Shown here piece after piece: positions 19,137 to 29,629 of a stretch of DNA of 64,000 nucleotides. Source of the stretch: Candidatus Latescibacterota bacterium. GTDB taxonomy: Bacteria; Latescibacterota; UBA2968; GCA-2709665. The stretch covers positions 128,001-192,000 of the forward strand of contig CAXXJS010000040.1 in NCBI GenBank assembly GCA_963662665.2, written 5' to 3'. The position numbers were made by a program, and so were the translations under genes. Below the pieces are notes generated by a model. It searched no databases, was not told where the DNA came from, and saw only the letters and a list, made by a program, of their open reading frames with translations. How positions within the stretch are numbered: the first letter of the stretch is position 1; each line of letters begins with the position of its first letter.

Positions 19137-19898
19137 ATGCCCTCGGAACGCCCATTCTGGCCCGATGACAAACAGGGAGCCGTTAGTCTGACGTTCGATG
19201 ACGGCCTCGAAACGCAATTGGACCATGCGATACCCTGCCTGGACGACTCTGACCTGAAGGGGACGTTCTACGTCAACCCCGGCCGGTCCAAATCCTGGGA
19301 ATCGCAGGTTCCCCGCTGGCAACAGGCCTGCAGGCACGGGCATGAACTCGGCAATCACACCTCTATGCATCCGTGTTCGTGCAACTTCGGATTTCGTACC
19401 GACGGCTACTGTCTGGAAAACCTGGGACTGGCTGACGTCGAGCGGACCATCGACGAAGCCACGGAAGACCTGAACCGCCTGTTTCCCGAACAACACGGCG
19501 ACCGGACTTTCTGTTATCCCTGCTACCAGACGTACGTGGGGGCCGGCGAACACCGGCAATCCTACGTGCCACTCGTGGCCCGCCGCTTCAAGGCCGCCCG
19601 GGGCTGGGGCGAACGCGCCAACCATCCGAAACGGATCGACCTGGCCTACACCTGGTCGCTGGCCGTAGACGGACACTCGGGAAGAGAGATCGTCGCGTAC
19701 ATCGAGAACGCCGTCAATGACGGCCTGTGGGCCATCATCTGCATGCACGGCATCGGAGGACAGCATCTTTCCATTTCAACGGCTTCATTGAGGGAAGTCG
19801 CTCGTTACCTGAATGGTAACCGAAACCGGATCTGGACCGCCACGATGATCGACGTTGCCGACTACATTATCCGGCATCGTCCCCGGCAGGATGGCTGA
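19137..19898 (+). CDS. Polysaccharide deacetylase-family protein (CE4)
   Basis: SLTFDDG, GHELGNHT and FCYP motifs. Confidence 0.88.
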   Translation: MPSERPFWPDDKQGAVSLTFDDGLETQLDHAIPCLDDSDLKGTFYVNPGRSKSWESQVPRWQQACRHGHELGNHTSMHPCSCNFGFRTDGYCLENLGLADVERTIDEATEDLNRLFPEQHGDRTFCYPCYQTYVGAGEHRQSYVPLVARRFKAARGWGERANHPKRIDLAYTWSLAVDGHSGREIVAYIENAVNDGLWAIICMHGIGGQHLSISTASLREVARYLNGNRNRIWTATMIDVADYIIRHRPRQDG

Positions 19899-19957
19899 AG
19901 GGGCTTTTGCCGGGCGGACGTTTCCTGGTCGTAAAACCCGAAACACGAGGATTCACC

Positions 19958-21064
19958 ATGATCGTACAGACGCATCTCATCGGCTGCGCCAAGGCCGATC
20001 TGGACACACCGGCGCTCCTGGTGGATCTGCCCACGCTGGAACGCAATACCGGGAAGATGGCAGAGACCATCATCCGCGACGCGGGCGTCGGGTGGCGGCC
20101 CCACACCAAGGGCATGAAGACCCCCGCGCTCGCCCACAGGCTGCTGGACGCGGGCGCTATAGGGATAACCTGCGCCAAACTCGGCGAGGCCGAAGTCATG
20201 GCCGCAGGCGGCGTTAAAGACATTCTCATTGCCAACCAGATCGTCGGTCACCGAAAGATCGCCCGCCTGGTCAACCTCCGCAGACAGGCCGACGTTATGG
20301 TCTGCGTGGACGACGGAAGCAACGTCCGCCAACTCGACCGCGCCGCCGCTGATAAAGGCGTCCGCATCCGGGTGCTGATTGAAGTCAACGTGGGCATGAA
20401 CCGTGCGGGGGTTGAGCCGGGTGAACCGGTTCTATCGCTCGCGCAGACCATTGCCGGCTGCCCGGGCCTTCAATTCTCAGGTTTGATGACCTGGGAAGCG
20501 CACACCCTCGCCATTGAGGACATTGACGAAAAGCGGCGGCTTATCGCCCAATCCCTGTCCAAACTCACGACCAGCGCGGACCTGTGCCGGCGCAACGGTT
20601 TCCGCGTGGACATCGTCAGTTGCGGCGGCACCGGAACCTATTGGATCAGCGCATTCCATCCGGGCATCACCGAGATCGAAGCCGGCGGCGGCATCTTTGG
20701 CGATATCCGGTACCGCACCGTTTTCGGCGTTGAACACGAATACGCCCTGACGGTCCTTTCCACGGTTACCAGCCGCCCCACGCCCACCCGCATCATCTGC
20801 GACGCAGGGAAGAAGACCATGAGCTGCGACGCCGCCGTTCCGGAGCCGATCGGCATCCCCAACGTCACATTGGTGGCCCTGTCGGCCGAACACGGCAAGA
20901 TTGAACTGGGCGCGCCCGCGGAGACGCCGCGGGTTGGCGAGACCATTGAATTCGTGGCCGGCTACTCGGACACGACGGTTGTGCTTCACGACGAACTCTA
21001 CGGAATCCGCGACAACGTCGTTGAAGCCGTCTGGCCGCTCCCGGCTCGCGGTCGCCTGCAATGA
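19958..21064 (+). CDS. DSD1-family PLP enzyme (D-threonine aldolase / D-serine dehydratase-like)
   Basis: LDTPALLVD, RPHTK (PLP lysine), DAGKK and SAEHG motifs. Confidence 0.88.
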   Translation: MIVQTHLIGCAKADLDTPALLVDLPTLERNTGKMAETIIRDAGVGWRPHTKGMKTPALAHRLLDAGAIGITCAKLGEAEVMAAGGVKDILIANQIVGHRKIARLVNLRRQADVMVCVDDGSNVRQLDRAAADKGVRIRVLIEVNVGMNRAGVEPGEPVLSLAQTIAGCPGLQFSGLMTWEAHTLAIEDIDEKRRLIAQSLSKLTTSADLCRRNGFRVDIVSCGGTGTYWISAFHPGITEIEAGGGIFGDIRYRTVFGVEHEYALTVLSTVTSRPTPTRIICDAGKKTMSCDAAVPEPIGIPNVTLVALSAEHGKIELGAPAETPRVGETIEFVAGYSDTTVVLHDELYGIRDNVVEAVWPLPARGRLQ

Positions 21065-21275
21065 CAACGCCCGTTTGGCAATCCTTGATCGCGATGCATG
21101 CAACCGTATTGCGCGGTCGACGGCTTTGGCGAAAAGACGCCGGATCCGGTTGGCCGAAGGTCCTGTGATTCCCGAATTCTCAGCCGGCCGGCGCCGACGA
21201 GCGGGGACGGCGACCTGTCGATCGTATCCTTCTCGCCCGACGTTGTAAATGCCTCTGAAAACACCCAATTTTGTA

Positions 21276-21304
21276 TTGACGATTTCCCCATGGATCATTA
21301 TAAT
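21276..21304 (+). promoter_or_regulatory. Sigma70 promoter of the frd operon
   Basis: TTGACG-N17-TATAAT. Confidence 0.7.
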
Positions 21305-21359
21305 AAGTGCTCTTTGCGAAGGAACCGAACGCGATCATCCGGGCTTCAAGGGGTATTAA

Positions 21360-23069
21360 ATGGACATACCGATTCACGACGTGTTACTTGTAGGGGGCGG
21401 CGCCGCGGGCTTGCGCGCCGCTATCGCGGCGGCTGAAGCCAATTCCGATCTGGACGTTGCCGTTGTCTCCAAAGTCTACCCCATGCGCAGCCACACCGTC
21501 TCGGCCGAGGGTGGGGCGGCGGCCGTCATGCGCGAATACGACAATCTGGATCTACACTCCTTCGACACAATCAGAGGCAGCGATTACCTGGCCGACCAGG
21601 ACGTCGTGGAAGCCTTTGTAAAGGAAGCGCAGGACGAAGCCATACTACTGGAACACTGGGGCTGCCCGTGGAGTCGGGATGCGGACGGCCGCGTCAGCGT
21701 GCGGGCTTTCGGCGGCATGAGCGTAAAGCGCACGCTTTACGCGGCCGACAAGACCGGCTTCCACATGTTGCACGCCCTGTTTCAGACTTCCCTGAAATAC
21801 AACGCGGTTAAACGGTACGACGAGTGGTTTGTCAGCTCCCTTCTGGTAGACGACGGAAGGGTCTGCGGCGTAGCCGCGCTTGACATGCGCTCGGGCGCCA
21901 TCCACGCCATTGGCGCGAAATCCGTAATCATCTGCACCGGTGGAGGCGGCAAGATCTTCCCGTTTACCACCAACGCCTCAATCAAAAACGGCGACGGCAT
22001 GGCCCTGGCCTACCGCATCGGGTGCCCGTTGAAAGACATGGAGTTCGTCCAGTACCATCCCACCGGCCTGCCCGGAACGGGTATCCTGATGACGGAAGCC
22101 TCACGAGGGGAAGGCGGCTATCTGATCAATAACAAGGGTGAGCGCTACCTGAGCGAATACATCCCCGGAAAAATGGAACTGGGCCCGCGCGATATCCTGT
22201 CCCGGGCCTTTGTGTACGAAATGCGCGAGGGCCGGGCCTTCGAGGGTCCCTACGGCAACTACGTCCAACTGGACCTGAGACACCTGGGCGAAAAAGTGAT
22301 AGACGAAAAGCTGCCTTTTGTCCGGGAACTCACCAGGAACTACGTTGGGATCGATCCCGTCCTGGAGCCGATCCCCGTCCGTCCCGTCGTCCACTACATG
22401 ATGGGCGGCGTCCATACGGATATAGACGGCGCAACGCCCATTCCCGGCCTTTACGCTGCCGGCGAAGCGGCATGCGTCAGCCTCAATGGCGCCAACAGGC
22501 TTGGCTCCAATTCCCTGACCGAATGCCTGGTGTTCGGAGCGCGTGCGGGTAAAGTCGCCGCGGAATATGCCGGACGAACGGAGGCTGCCGGGCAAGACAC
22601 GCTCGAGAACCTCACCCGTGACGAGCGCCGGCGCATCCAACGGGACTACCTGCAGCCTCGCAACGGCAAGGAGCGGGTGGCGAACATCCGTACCGAAATG
22701 CAGCAGGCGATGGAACGGGGCGCCGGAATCTTCCGCGATGAAGAAACATTGAGAGAAACCTGCGAAGCCCTGAAGCAACTCCAGGAGCGCTTCCGAAACG
22801 TGGGCCTGGATGACACGTCACGTGTGTTCAACACCGAACTCACGGCGGCGCTGGAACTGGGATTCATGCTGGACGCGGCGGAAGCGCTCGCACACGCCGC
22901 CCTGCAGCGCAGGGAGTCCAGGGGATCTCATTCCCGCTCGGACTTCGAGACCCGAAACGATGAGGAATATCTGACCCACTCGTTGACCTACAGGACGGAA
23001 GCCGGTCCGCACACCGACTACCTTCCCGTAACGATCACCCGCTGGCAGCCCGAAGAACGCAAATACTGA
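21360..23069 (+). CDS. frdA: Fumarate reductase / succinate dehydrogenase flavoprotein
   Basis: [16 protein letters not shown] (covalent-FAD His), [26 protein letters not shown]. Confidence 0.93.
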   Translation: MDIPIHDVLLVGGGAAGLRAAIAAAEANSDLDVAVVSKVYPMRSHTVSAEGGAAAVMREYDNLDLHSFDTIRGSDYLADQDVVEAFVKEAQDEAILLEHWGCPWSRDADGRVSVRAFGGMSVKRTLYAADKTGFHMLHALFQTSLKYNAVKRYDEWFVSSLLVDDGRVCGVAALDMRSGAIHAIGAKSVIICTGGGGKIFPFTTNASIKNGDGMALAYRIGCPLKDMEFVQYHPTGLPGTGILMTEASRGEGGYLINNKGERYLSEYIPGKMELGPRDILSRAFVYEMREGRAFEGPYGNYVQLDLRHLGEKVIDEKLPFVRELTRNYVGIDPVLEPIPVRPVVHYMMGGVHTDIDGATPIPGLYAAGEAACVSLNGANRLGSNSLTECLVFGARAGKVAAEYAGRTEAAGQDTLENLTRDERRRIQRDYLQPRNGKERVANIRTEMQQAMERGAGIFRDEETLRETCEALKQLQERFRNVGLDDTSRVFNTELTAALELGFMLDAAEALAHAALQRRESRGSHSRSDFETRNDEEYLTHSLTYRTEAGPHTDYLPVTITRWQPEERKY

Positions 23070-23132
23070 AACCGGGATTCAAGCGCGCAAGATCCGACAC
23101 CCCGGTTCCGAATCCTCCGCAAGGGGAATTTC

Positions 23133-23882
23133 ATGAGTAATGGCAAGAAGATCACCGTAACCGTTACCCGCTACCGTCCCGAACAGGAAGAAGAGCCCCT
23201 CGAACAGTCTTACGAAGTCGATTTTCAAGACGACTGGGTGGTGCTGGATGCGCTCAATCACATAAAGGACCATATCGACGGATCGCTCTCCTTTCGCTGG
23301 TCATGCCGGATGGGCGTCTGCGGAAGTTGCGGCATGATGGTCAACGGTGAGCCAAAACTCTCGTGCGCCGCCTTTCTGCGCGACTATTACCCGGGCGAGG
23401 TCCGGGTGGAACCATTGCACAACTTCCCGATCGTACGAGACCTGATTATCGACATGTCCGATTTCATGGATAAACTCAAGGCGGTGCAGCCCTGGATCAT
23501 CCGGGACGAGGAAAAGCCCGTATCGGAAGGGGAATACCTGCAGACACCCGAAGAACTCAAGGAATACAAGCAGTTCAGTATGTGCATCAATTGTATGCTT
23601 TGCTATGCCGCCTGTCCCGTATACGGGCTTGAGACCGAGTTCATCGGCCCCGCCGCCATCGCCCTGGGCCATCGGTACAATCTGGACTCGCGGGACGAAG
23701 GACAGGAGCGGCGTCAACACGTGATTGCAAGCAGCGAAGGTATCTGGGAATGCACCTATATTGGCGAGTGCTCCGTGGTCTGTCCCAAAGACGTGGACCC
23801 CGCAGCCGCGATCCAGCGGAATAAGGTGGCCACAACGGGCGGCTGGGTCAAATCAATACTCCTGCCCTGGGGGAAGAAGTGA
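23133..23882 (+). CDS. frdB: Fumarate reductase iron-sulfur subunit
   Basis: [22 protein letters not shown] and [12 protein letters not shown] cysteine motifs. Confidence 0.92.
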   Translation: MSNGKKITVTVTRYRPEQEEEPLEQSYEVDFQDDWVVLDALNHIKDHIDGSLSFRWSCRMGVCGSCGMMVNGEPKLSCAAFLRDYYPGEVRVEPLHNFPIVRDLIIDMSDFMDKLKAVQPWIIRDEEKPVSEGEYLQTPEELKEYKQFSMCINCMLCYAACPVYGLETEFIGPAAIALGHRYNLDSRDEGQERRQHVIASSEGIWECTYIGECSVVCPKDVDPAAAIQRNKVATTGGWVKSILLPWGKK

Positions 23883-23883
23883 G

Positions 23884-24288
23884 ATGACGTCCGAACACGA
23901 ACACAAGGCCTATGTACGTCGTGTACCCATCACCTGGTGGCTGCATAACCGCCGGTACTTCCTGTTCATGATCAGGGAATCGACCAGTGTGTTCATCGCC
24001 CTGTTTGTTCTGGTATACCTGTACCAGCTTTTCCTGATCTCCAAAGGCGCGGAAGTTCACGATCCGTTTCAGGAATCGCTCCGGTCCGTACCATTTGTCG
24101 TGTGTTATGCCATCGTTTTTCTGTTCGCGCTTTACCACAGCATCACATGGCTGGGCCTGGTATCCAAAATCCAGATCATCCGGATCGGCCGTCTCACGGT
24201 ACCGCCCTTTCTGGTGGGACTGGGCGCCTACATTTCCTGGATCGTCGCGTCGGCCGTCGTCGCCTGCCTGTTTCTGGCTTTGAAGTAG
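23884..24288 (+). CDS. frdC: Fumarate reductase membrane anchor C
   Basis: YVRR..TWW...YFLFMIRE.TSV and HSITW, typical of FrdC; three hydrophobic segments. Confidence 0.85.
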   Translation: MTSEHEHKAYVRRVPITWWLHNRRYFLFMIRESTSVFIALFVLVYLYQLFLISKGAEVHDPFQESLRSVPFVVCYAIVFLFALYHSITWLGLVSKIQIIRIGRLTVPPFLVGLGAYISWIVASAVVACLFLALK

Positions 24289-24297
24289 GGGGAATCC

Positions 24298-24654
24298 GTG
24301 TACAAGGAAGACAGAACCGAACCCTTCTGGTGGGGCATGTTCTCGCTGGGCGGCGTGGTTGCCGCACTGCTGATTCCCGTCCACGTCTTTTTCATCGGGC
24401 TGGCCGTGCCGCTCGGCCTGATCGACAAGAGCCTGCTCGAATACAGCCGGATGAAATCCCTGCTTGCGAATCCGCTCGTTAAAGTCTACCTGTTTGTTCT
24501 CATTGTCCCTCCGCTTTTTCACGCCGCCCACCGCATTCGTTTCTCGCTACACGAAATGGGCATCCGGAAATTGTTGTTTTCGCTGGATATCCTCTGCTAC
24601 GGCGGCGCCCTCCTCGGTACGGTGGTTGCACTCTACGTTCTATGGGTTATCTGA
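24298..24654 (+). CDS. frdD: Fumarate reductase membrane anchor D
   Basis: EPFWWGMFSLGG and FHAAHRIR, typical of FrdD. Confidence 0.88.
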   Translation: MYKEDRTEPFWWGMFSLGGVVAALLIPVHVFFIGLAVPLGLIDKSLLEYSRMKSLLANPLVKVYLFVLIVPPLFHAAHRIRFSLHEMGIRKLLFSLDILCYGGALLGTVVALYVLWVI

Positions 24655-24723
24655 AGCGCGGCTTGAATACGGCCTGAACTCACGGGCCGGGTAATCCGTA
24701 CGCTTCGAATATCGGGATCGCCT

Positions 24724-26046
24724 ATGAAACCGGCATCGTTCAACCCTTCATCTGCCGCCGTATGGAAGGTGCTGCTTTGGTGCAGCGTCCTTACAGTTCT
24801 GTCGCCAACTACCCGGGCGGAGGGCAACGCTCCGGAAAGTGTCTACCTGCAAGTGCGCCCTTCCGTTGTCGTCTTCGACGTCGAGAGAAGAGACGGTTCA
24901 AGAGTACGGGGAATGGGCTTTCTGGCCATCGACAACCGGATTGCGGTTACAACCTGGAAACTCGTCGAAGACGCCATTCATGTTGTCGCCAGATTCGAAT
25001 CCGGCGAGGAGTTCGGAGTTTCGGGCATTATCGACAAGGACGAGAAACGAAACGTTGCGCTGGTTAGAATCAAGGTCTTCGGCAGGCCGCTGCTTGAACT
25101 GAACGCACAGGATCCGGCCGAAGGCAAAGAGGCCTATATCGTGGAGTCGGTGGAGGGGGAAGCATTTCGCCTCGTCGGCGGCCGGATGAGTCCGGCCGAA
25201 ATGGTCGACGGGGTGCGTGTCTATCCCCTTCGTGGGGCGCTGTCCGTTGGCAGCCACGGAGGACCGCTGGTCGACGAATCCGGTCGCGTTACAGGCATCG
25301 TATCGGTTCAATCGCACAAGGGTGGGGTTTCAGGCCGTGCCATCTCGTCGGTATATGCCCTTGGCCTGGATCATACGTTGCCTACACGGCCCTGGAAGGA
25401 TGCCGCCGCGCGCCCGGCCCGTCCCGAATCGCCTGAGCCGGAGCCCGCCACCGCGCCGGAACTGGACCCCAGCGCCATCAGGTTCCACTTTTACCGGGCC
25501 GACGAACAGCGTTTCAGCGACGTCAACCGCAATCTTTGGACGGAATCCATCCTCTGGTGGGCGGGCAAGATCCGGGAAAAATGCGTTGGCAACCCACCCG
25601 TTGTCAACGCCGAAGACATGGGCGTTGACGTCGTTGCGATTCCAGCTACCAAAGCCCGATTCACAACCCGGACGACGGGATGGGCATCCTGGGTTCTGGG
25701 TAAGACCAGATTGAAGGAATTCATCGGCAAGACCCCGCGTACCCGGGACTTTCACATCGGGGTTTTCAAGGAAGTCAGGTACAGGCCTTCACCGGAGGAG
25801 GATTCATTCCCGGTTGCCGGGGTGCACGTCCCACCCAACGTCCTCGCGCTGTACTTCAAAGCCACCCGGATCGAGGAAGACGAGCGGGCTCACTTTATAG
25901 GCTATCTCTTTGGCCTGGACGGCAGCGACGGCGGGGTCATGTCCTCAAGATATCCCCGCGGCCCCGGCTCTCCTCCAACCTACGGCAACATGACCGAGTG
26001 GCCGGCCCACTGGTGCGGGAAAATCACGGAATATCTGAATCAATAA
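24724..26046 (+). CDS. Secreted protein: degenerate trypsin-like (S1C) domain, Pro-rich linker, degenerate metzincin-like domain
   Basis: Signal peptide. GMGF, VTTWKLV and GSHGGPLVDESGRVTGI motifs. C-terminal AHFIGYLFGLDGSDGGVMS. Confidence 0.7.
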   Translation: MKPASFNPSSAAVWKVLLWCSVLTVLSPTTRAEGNAPESVYLQVRPSVVVFDVERRDGSRVRGMGFLAIDNRIAVTTWKLVEDAIHVVARFESGEEFGVSGIIDKDEKRNVALVRIKVFGRPLLELNAQDPAEGKEAYIVESVEGEAFRLVGGRMSPAEMVDGVRVYPLRGALSVGSHGGPLVDESGRVTGIVSVQSHKGGVSGRAISSVYALGLDHTLPTRPWKDAAARPARPESPEPEPATAPELDPSAIRFHFYRADEQRFSDVNRNLWTESILWWAGKIREKCVGNPPVVNAEDMGVDVVAIPATKARFTTRTTGWASWVLGKTRLKEFIGKTPRTRDFHIGVFKEVRYRPSPEEDSFPVAGVHVPPNVLALYFKATRIEEDERAHFIGYLFGLDGSDGGVMSSRYPRGPGSPPTYGNMTEWPAHWCGKITEYLNQ

Positions 26047-26066
26047 TCCGGTCATCGAAGAAGAAA

Positions 26067-26101
26067 CGAAAGGCCCGGCAGACTTCCTGCCGGGCCTTTC
26101 G
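26067..26101. terminator. Probable bidirectional intrinsic terminator hairpin
   Basis: CGAAAGGCCCGGCAG-ACTTC-CTGCCGGGCCTTTCG, a perfect 15-bp stem between convergent genes. Confidence 0.75.
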
Positions 26102-26161
26102 CATATACTCAAACTGCCATTCAATTGCGATTGGTAACGTGGACACCGCACCCGGTCGCCG

Positions 26162-27556
26162 TTACCCGCCCGGCCCCGTCATCTTCTCCGGCCGGACCGC
26201 GGCATCGAACGTCTCCCCATCCATCAGTCCCAGCGCCGCCGCCGATTCCCGAAGCGTCAGATTTTCGTCGAACGCATTCTTGGCCACCCTTGCCGCGTTG
26301 TCGTATCCAATCTGAGGATTCAGCGCCGTGACAAGCATGAGGGATCGCTCCAGGTGATTCCGGATATTCTCCCGGTTCGGTTCAATACCCACCGCGCAGT
26401 GATCGTTGAACGCCTCGCAGGCATCGGCCAACAACCGGACGGACTGCAGCAGATTGTAAACGATCAGCGGCTTGAACACGTTCAGTTCGAAATTCCCCGA
26501 TGAACCGCCCACTGCAATCGCCGTATCGTTCCCGATCACCTGCGCGGCCACCATGGTCATCGCTTCGCACTGGGTTGGGTTCACCTTGCCGGGCATTATT
26601 GAACTTCCCGGCTCGTTGGCCGGGAGCGTCAACTCGCCGATGCCACAGCGCGGCCCCGAAGCCAGCCAACGGGCGTCGTTGGCTATTTTCATCAGCGAGC
26701 ACGCCAACGTTTTCAGAGCGCCACTGGATTCCACCATTGCGTCGTGGGCCGCCAGTGACTCGAACTTGTTGGCGGCCGAAACAAACGGATGGCCGGCCAG
26801 TTCAGCAATCCGTTCGGCGGCCCGATCAGCGAATTCCGGATGTGTATTCAACCCGGTACCAACCGCGGTGCCGCCAAGCGCGAGTTCATTGAGATTCGAA
26901 AGGCATCGCTCAACACGCTCAAGGCCCTTCGTCAATTGGGTCACGTACCCCGAAAACTCCTGGCTGAGCGTCAGTGGAACGGCATCCATCAGATGGGTGC
27001 GACCAATCTTGATGATACCCTCAAAATCGTCCGCTTTTGCGGCCAGCGTATCCCGCAGCTTACCGACCATTGGAATCAGACGCCTGTGGATCTCACTAAC
27101 TGCCGCAATATGCATTGCCGCCGGAAACGTGTCGTTTGAAGACTGCGCCATATTGACATCGTCGTTCGGGTGAATCGGATCTTTGCCGCCCATCCGTCCG
27201 CCGGCAATCTGAATGGCCCTGTTGGATATCACTTCGTTGGCGTTCATATTCGTCTGCGTGCCGCTTCCCGTCTGCCAGATACTCAGAGGAAAATGATCGT
27301 CCAGCTCGCCGGCGATGACTTCATCGGCCGCCTGCACGATAAGATCGGCCTTCTCCGACGAGAGCTTTCCCAGTTCCCGATTCACGAGCGCGGCCGCCTT
27401 TTTCAGAATGCCAAACGCTCTGATCAACTCCCGGGGCATGCGTTCTTCGCCAATATCAAAATGAATCAGCGCCCGGGCCGTCTGGGCGCCGTAGTACCGG
27501 TCGTCCGGAACCTGGATTTCGCCCATCGTGTCCGATTCAATCCTGAATCCCTCCAT
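26162..27556 (-). CDS. fumC: Fumarate hydratase class II
   Basis: [27 protein letters not shown] and [11 protein letters not shown] motifs. Confidence 0.96.
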   Translation of the reverse strand: MEGFRIESDTMGEIQVPDDRYYGAQTARALIHFDIGEERMPRELIRAFGILKKAAALVNRELGKLSSEKADLIVQAADEVIAGELDDHFPLSIWQTGSGTQTNMNANEVISNRAIQIAGGRMGGKDPIHPNDDVNMAQSSNDTFPAAMHIAAVSEIHRRLIPMVGKLRDTLAAKADDFEGIIKIGRTHLMDAVPLTLSQEFSGYVTQLTKGLERVERCLSNLNELALGGTAVGTGLNTHPEFADRAAERIAELAGHPFVSAANKFESLAAHDAMVESSGALKTLACSLMKIANDARWLASGPRCGIGELTLPANEPGSSIMPGKVNPTQCEAMTMVAAQVIGNDTAIAVGGSSGNFELNVFKPLIVYNLLQSVRLLADACEAFNDHCAVGIEPNRENIRNHLERSLMLVTALNPQIGYDNAARVAKNAFDENLTLRESAAALGLMDGETFDAAVRPEKMTGPGG

Positions 27557-27861
27557 ACTCTCTTTCTCCTCTGAAAAAACGCGTCAATGCAAGTTCGAAG
27601 GTTTCCTGACAACTCAAGATACAAAAACAAAACACCCCCGGCAACCACATCCGGCAATTTGAAGGTTGTCGTCGAAAAATATTATGGTGTATATTATTAT
27701 CTTGCTTTTAAAATTAATCCTTCTTATCTTTAAGACTTCCTTGACCGCTGCATCGCGCAGGATACTCGACACCGCAAGTTCATTTCTGTCAGCCTTTCGT
27801 TCCGAACACTGCTTCAGCGGGAGAAAACGCTCGATAGATATTTTCCGAAGGAGGCACTCGC

Positions 27862-28764
27862 GTGTTGATCCAGAGCCTGAAAATTTTCTGTGACCTCATC
27901 GATACCCAGAGTTTTTCAAAGACGGCCGTCCTGAATGGCGTTACGCAGTCGGCCGTGAGCCAGCAAATCAAGAGTATTGAACATCGCCAGGGCAAACCGC
28001 TGCTTGAGCGCCACAAGCGCAAGATCGGCCTTACCAAGGAGGGAGAGGTATTCTACAAGGGCGCCGGCGATATTGTAAAGCGCTACGACGAGATGTTACA
28101 GCGCGTCGCGGCTCTGGACGGCGTCGTTTCAGGCACCGTACGTCTTTCGTCCATTTACAGTGTGGGCATGCGTGAACTCGGACCGTACCTCAAGACGTTT
28201 CTCAAAGCCTATCCCAGGGTCAATTTCCGGCTGGACTACAACCACACACCCCGGATCTACGACGACGTCGCCAGCGGCGAAATCGACTTCGGCGTGGTCG
28301 CATTTCCCAGACCCCACCGCAACACAAAGATTATTCCTTTCTCCGAAGACAATATGGTCGTGGCCTGTCCGCCCATGCATCCGCTCGCGGCCCGAAATCA
28401 CATGGCGGTCAACGATATCGGCAGTCATCCGCTGATCCTCTTCTCCCAGGAGACCCACACCCGCCACGCACTCGACCAATTCTTCCGAAAACATCGCATC
28501 CAACCCAACATTGTGATGGAATTCGACCATATCGATACCATCAAAGATGCCGTCGAAGTGGACCTCGGCATCTCGATCCTTCCCGAACACTCGGTTGATC
28601 TGGAACACAAGGAAGGCAGCTTGAAAGTACTGACCATCAAGGACGACGTCCTCACCAGACCGCTTGGCATCCTGCACAAACGCGGTCGCAGCCTTTCGGT
28701 GGCCGCCCGGAAACTCCTCGACGTACTCACAAACGGGAAAGCTCCGGCCGGCGAGCCATCGTAG
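27862..28764 (+). CDS. LysR-family transcriptional regulator
   Basis: N-terminal HTH SFSKTA...TQSAVSQQIK; divergent from fumC. Confidence 0.92.
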   Translation: MLIQSLKIFCDLIDTQSFSKTAVLNGVTQSAVSQQIKSIEHRQGKPLLERHKRKIGLTKEGEVFYKGAGDIVKRYDEMLQRVAALDGVVSGTVRLSSIYSVGMRELGPYLKTFLKAYPRVNFRLDYNHTPRIYDDVASGEIDFGVVAFPRPHRNTKIIPFSEDNMVVACPPMHPLAARNHMAVNDIGSHPLILFSQETHTRHALDQFFRKHRIQPNIVMEFDHIDTIKDAVEVDLGISILPEHSVDLEHKEGSLKVLTIKDDVLTRPLGILHKRGRSLSVAARKLLDVLTNGKAPAGEPS

Positions 28765-28905
28765 TCGCCCAACGCCGGAAACGCGCCGTCGATTGGCGGG
28801 AAGACGTCAAACGCGCCTGGACGATCGGGCCGATTACAGATCTTCCATCCCGAAAAAGACGACCGGACGCGGCTGTACCGCCGGATCGAAGGAGGTTCCG
28901 AACCG

Positions 28906-29610
28906 TCATTTTCTCTGGCTATTGCCGGCGGCCATCTCCTGCACCAGAAACCGAAGAAAACGGACACCCGTGCGGAATGAAGGCGCCTTCGATTCCCCAC
29001 CCACCCGGTTTCCCTCCCAGGTTGGAATTTCCTCGATTCGCATCCGTTGTTTCATCGCCCGGATCGTCATCTCGTACTCGATTGTATACCCCGTCGATCC
29101 GGGATCGAGCTTCAGAAATGCGCCTCGCGTGATTCCTCGAAATCCGTTGATTGTATCCGTCACGTACGATCCCCGGTTCCAGACCTGATTGGCGATCCAC
29201 GTAAACACCTGGTTCGTCCACTTTCTAAGCGGCAGAGAATCGTCGTCCTCTTCGTTCCGGGATGCCGTGAGGAAACGGGACGCAATCGCCATGTCGGCGC
29301 CGTCGTCGATGGCAGCGAAGAGCCGGGGAATATCGTTCGGATCTTCATTTCCGTCCGGGCTGAAGAAAACAAGGTCCTCTCCGCGCGATGCCCGGACCGC
29401 TGTGCGAAACGCCTCGCCACGTCCCGGTCGCTCCTGGCTTACCAACCGGATGTGATGCGATGCCAGGACGTCCCTCGTGCCGTCCGTTGACCCGCCGTCC
29501 ACGGCGAGCACTTCATCGGCCATCCCGGACAGATCCACACCGGTTGAGAACAGCCAGCGAACGCCCTCGACCTCGTTAAGCGTCAGCAGAACGATAGTGC
29601 GTGTGCCCAT
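28906..29610 (-). CDS. Glycosyltransferase family 2
   Basis: LNE, VDGGSTDGT, SPDG, ASRF and TDTINGFR motifs. Confidence 0.88.
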   Translation of the reverse strand: MGTRTIVLLTLNEVEGVRWLFSTGVDLSGMADEVLAVDGGSTDGTRDVLASHHIRLVSQERPGRGEAFRTAVRASRGEDLVFFSPDGNEDPNDIPRLFAAIDDGADMAIASRFLTASRNEEDDDSLPLRKWTNQVFTWIANQVWNRGSYVTDTINGFRGITRGAFLKLDPGSTGYTIEYEMTIRAMKQRMRIEEIPTWEGNRVGGESKAPSFRTGVRFLRFLVQEMAAGNSQRK

Positions 29611-29629
29611 AGGATACCCTGAACCCGGA

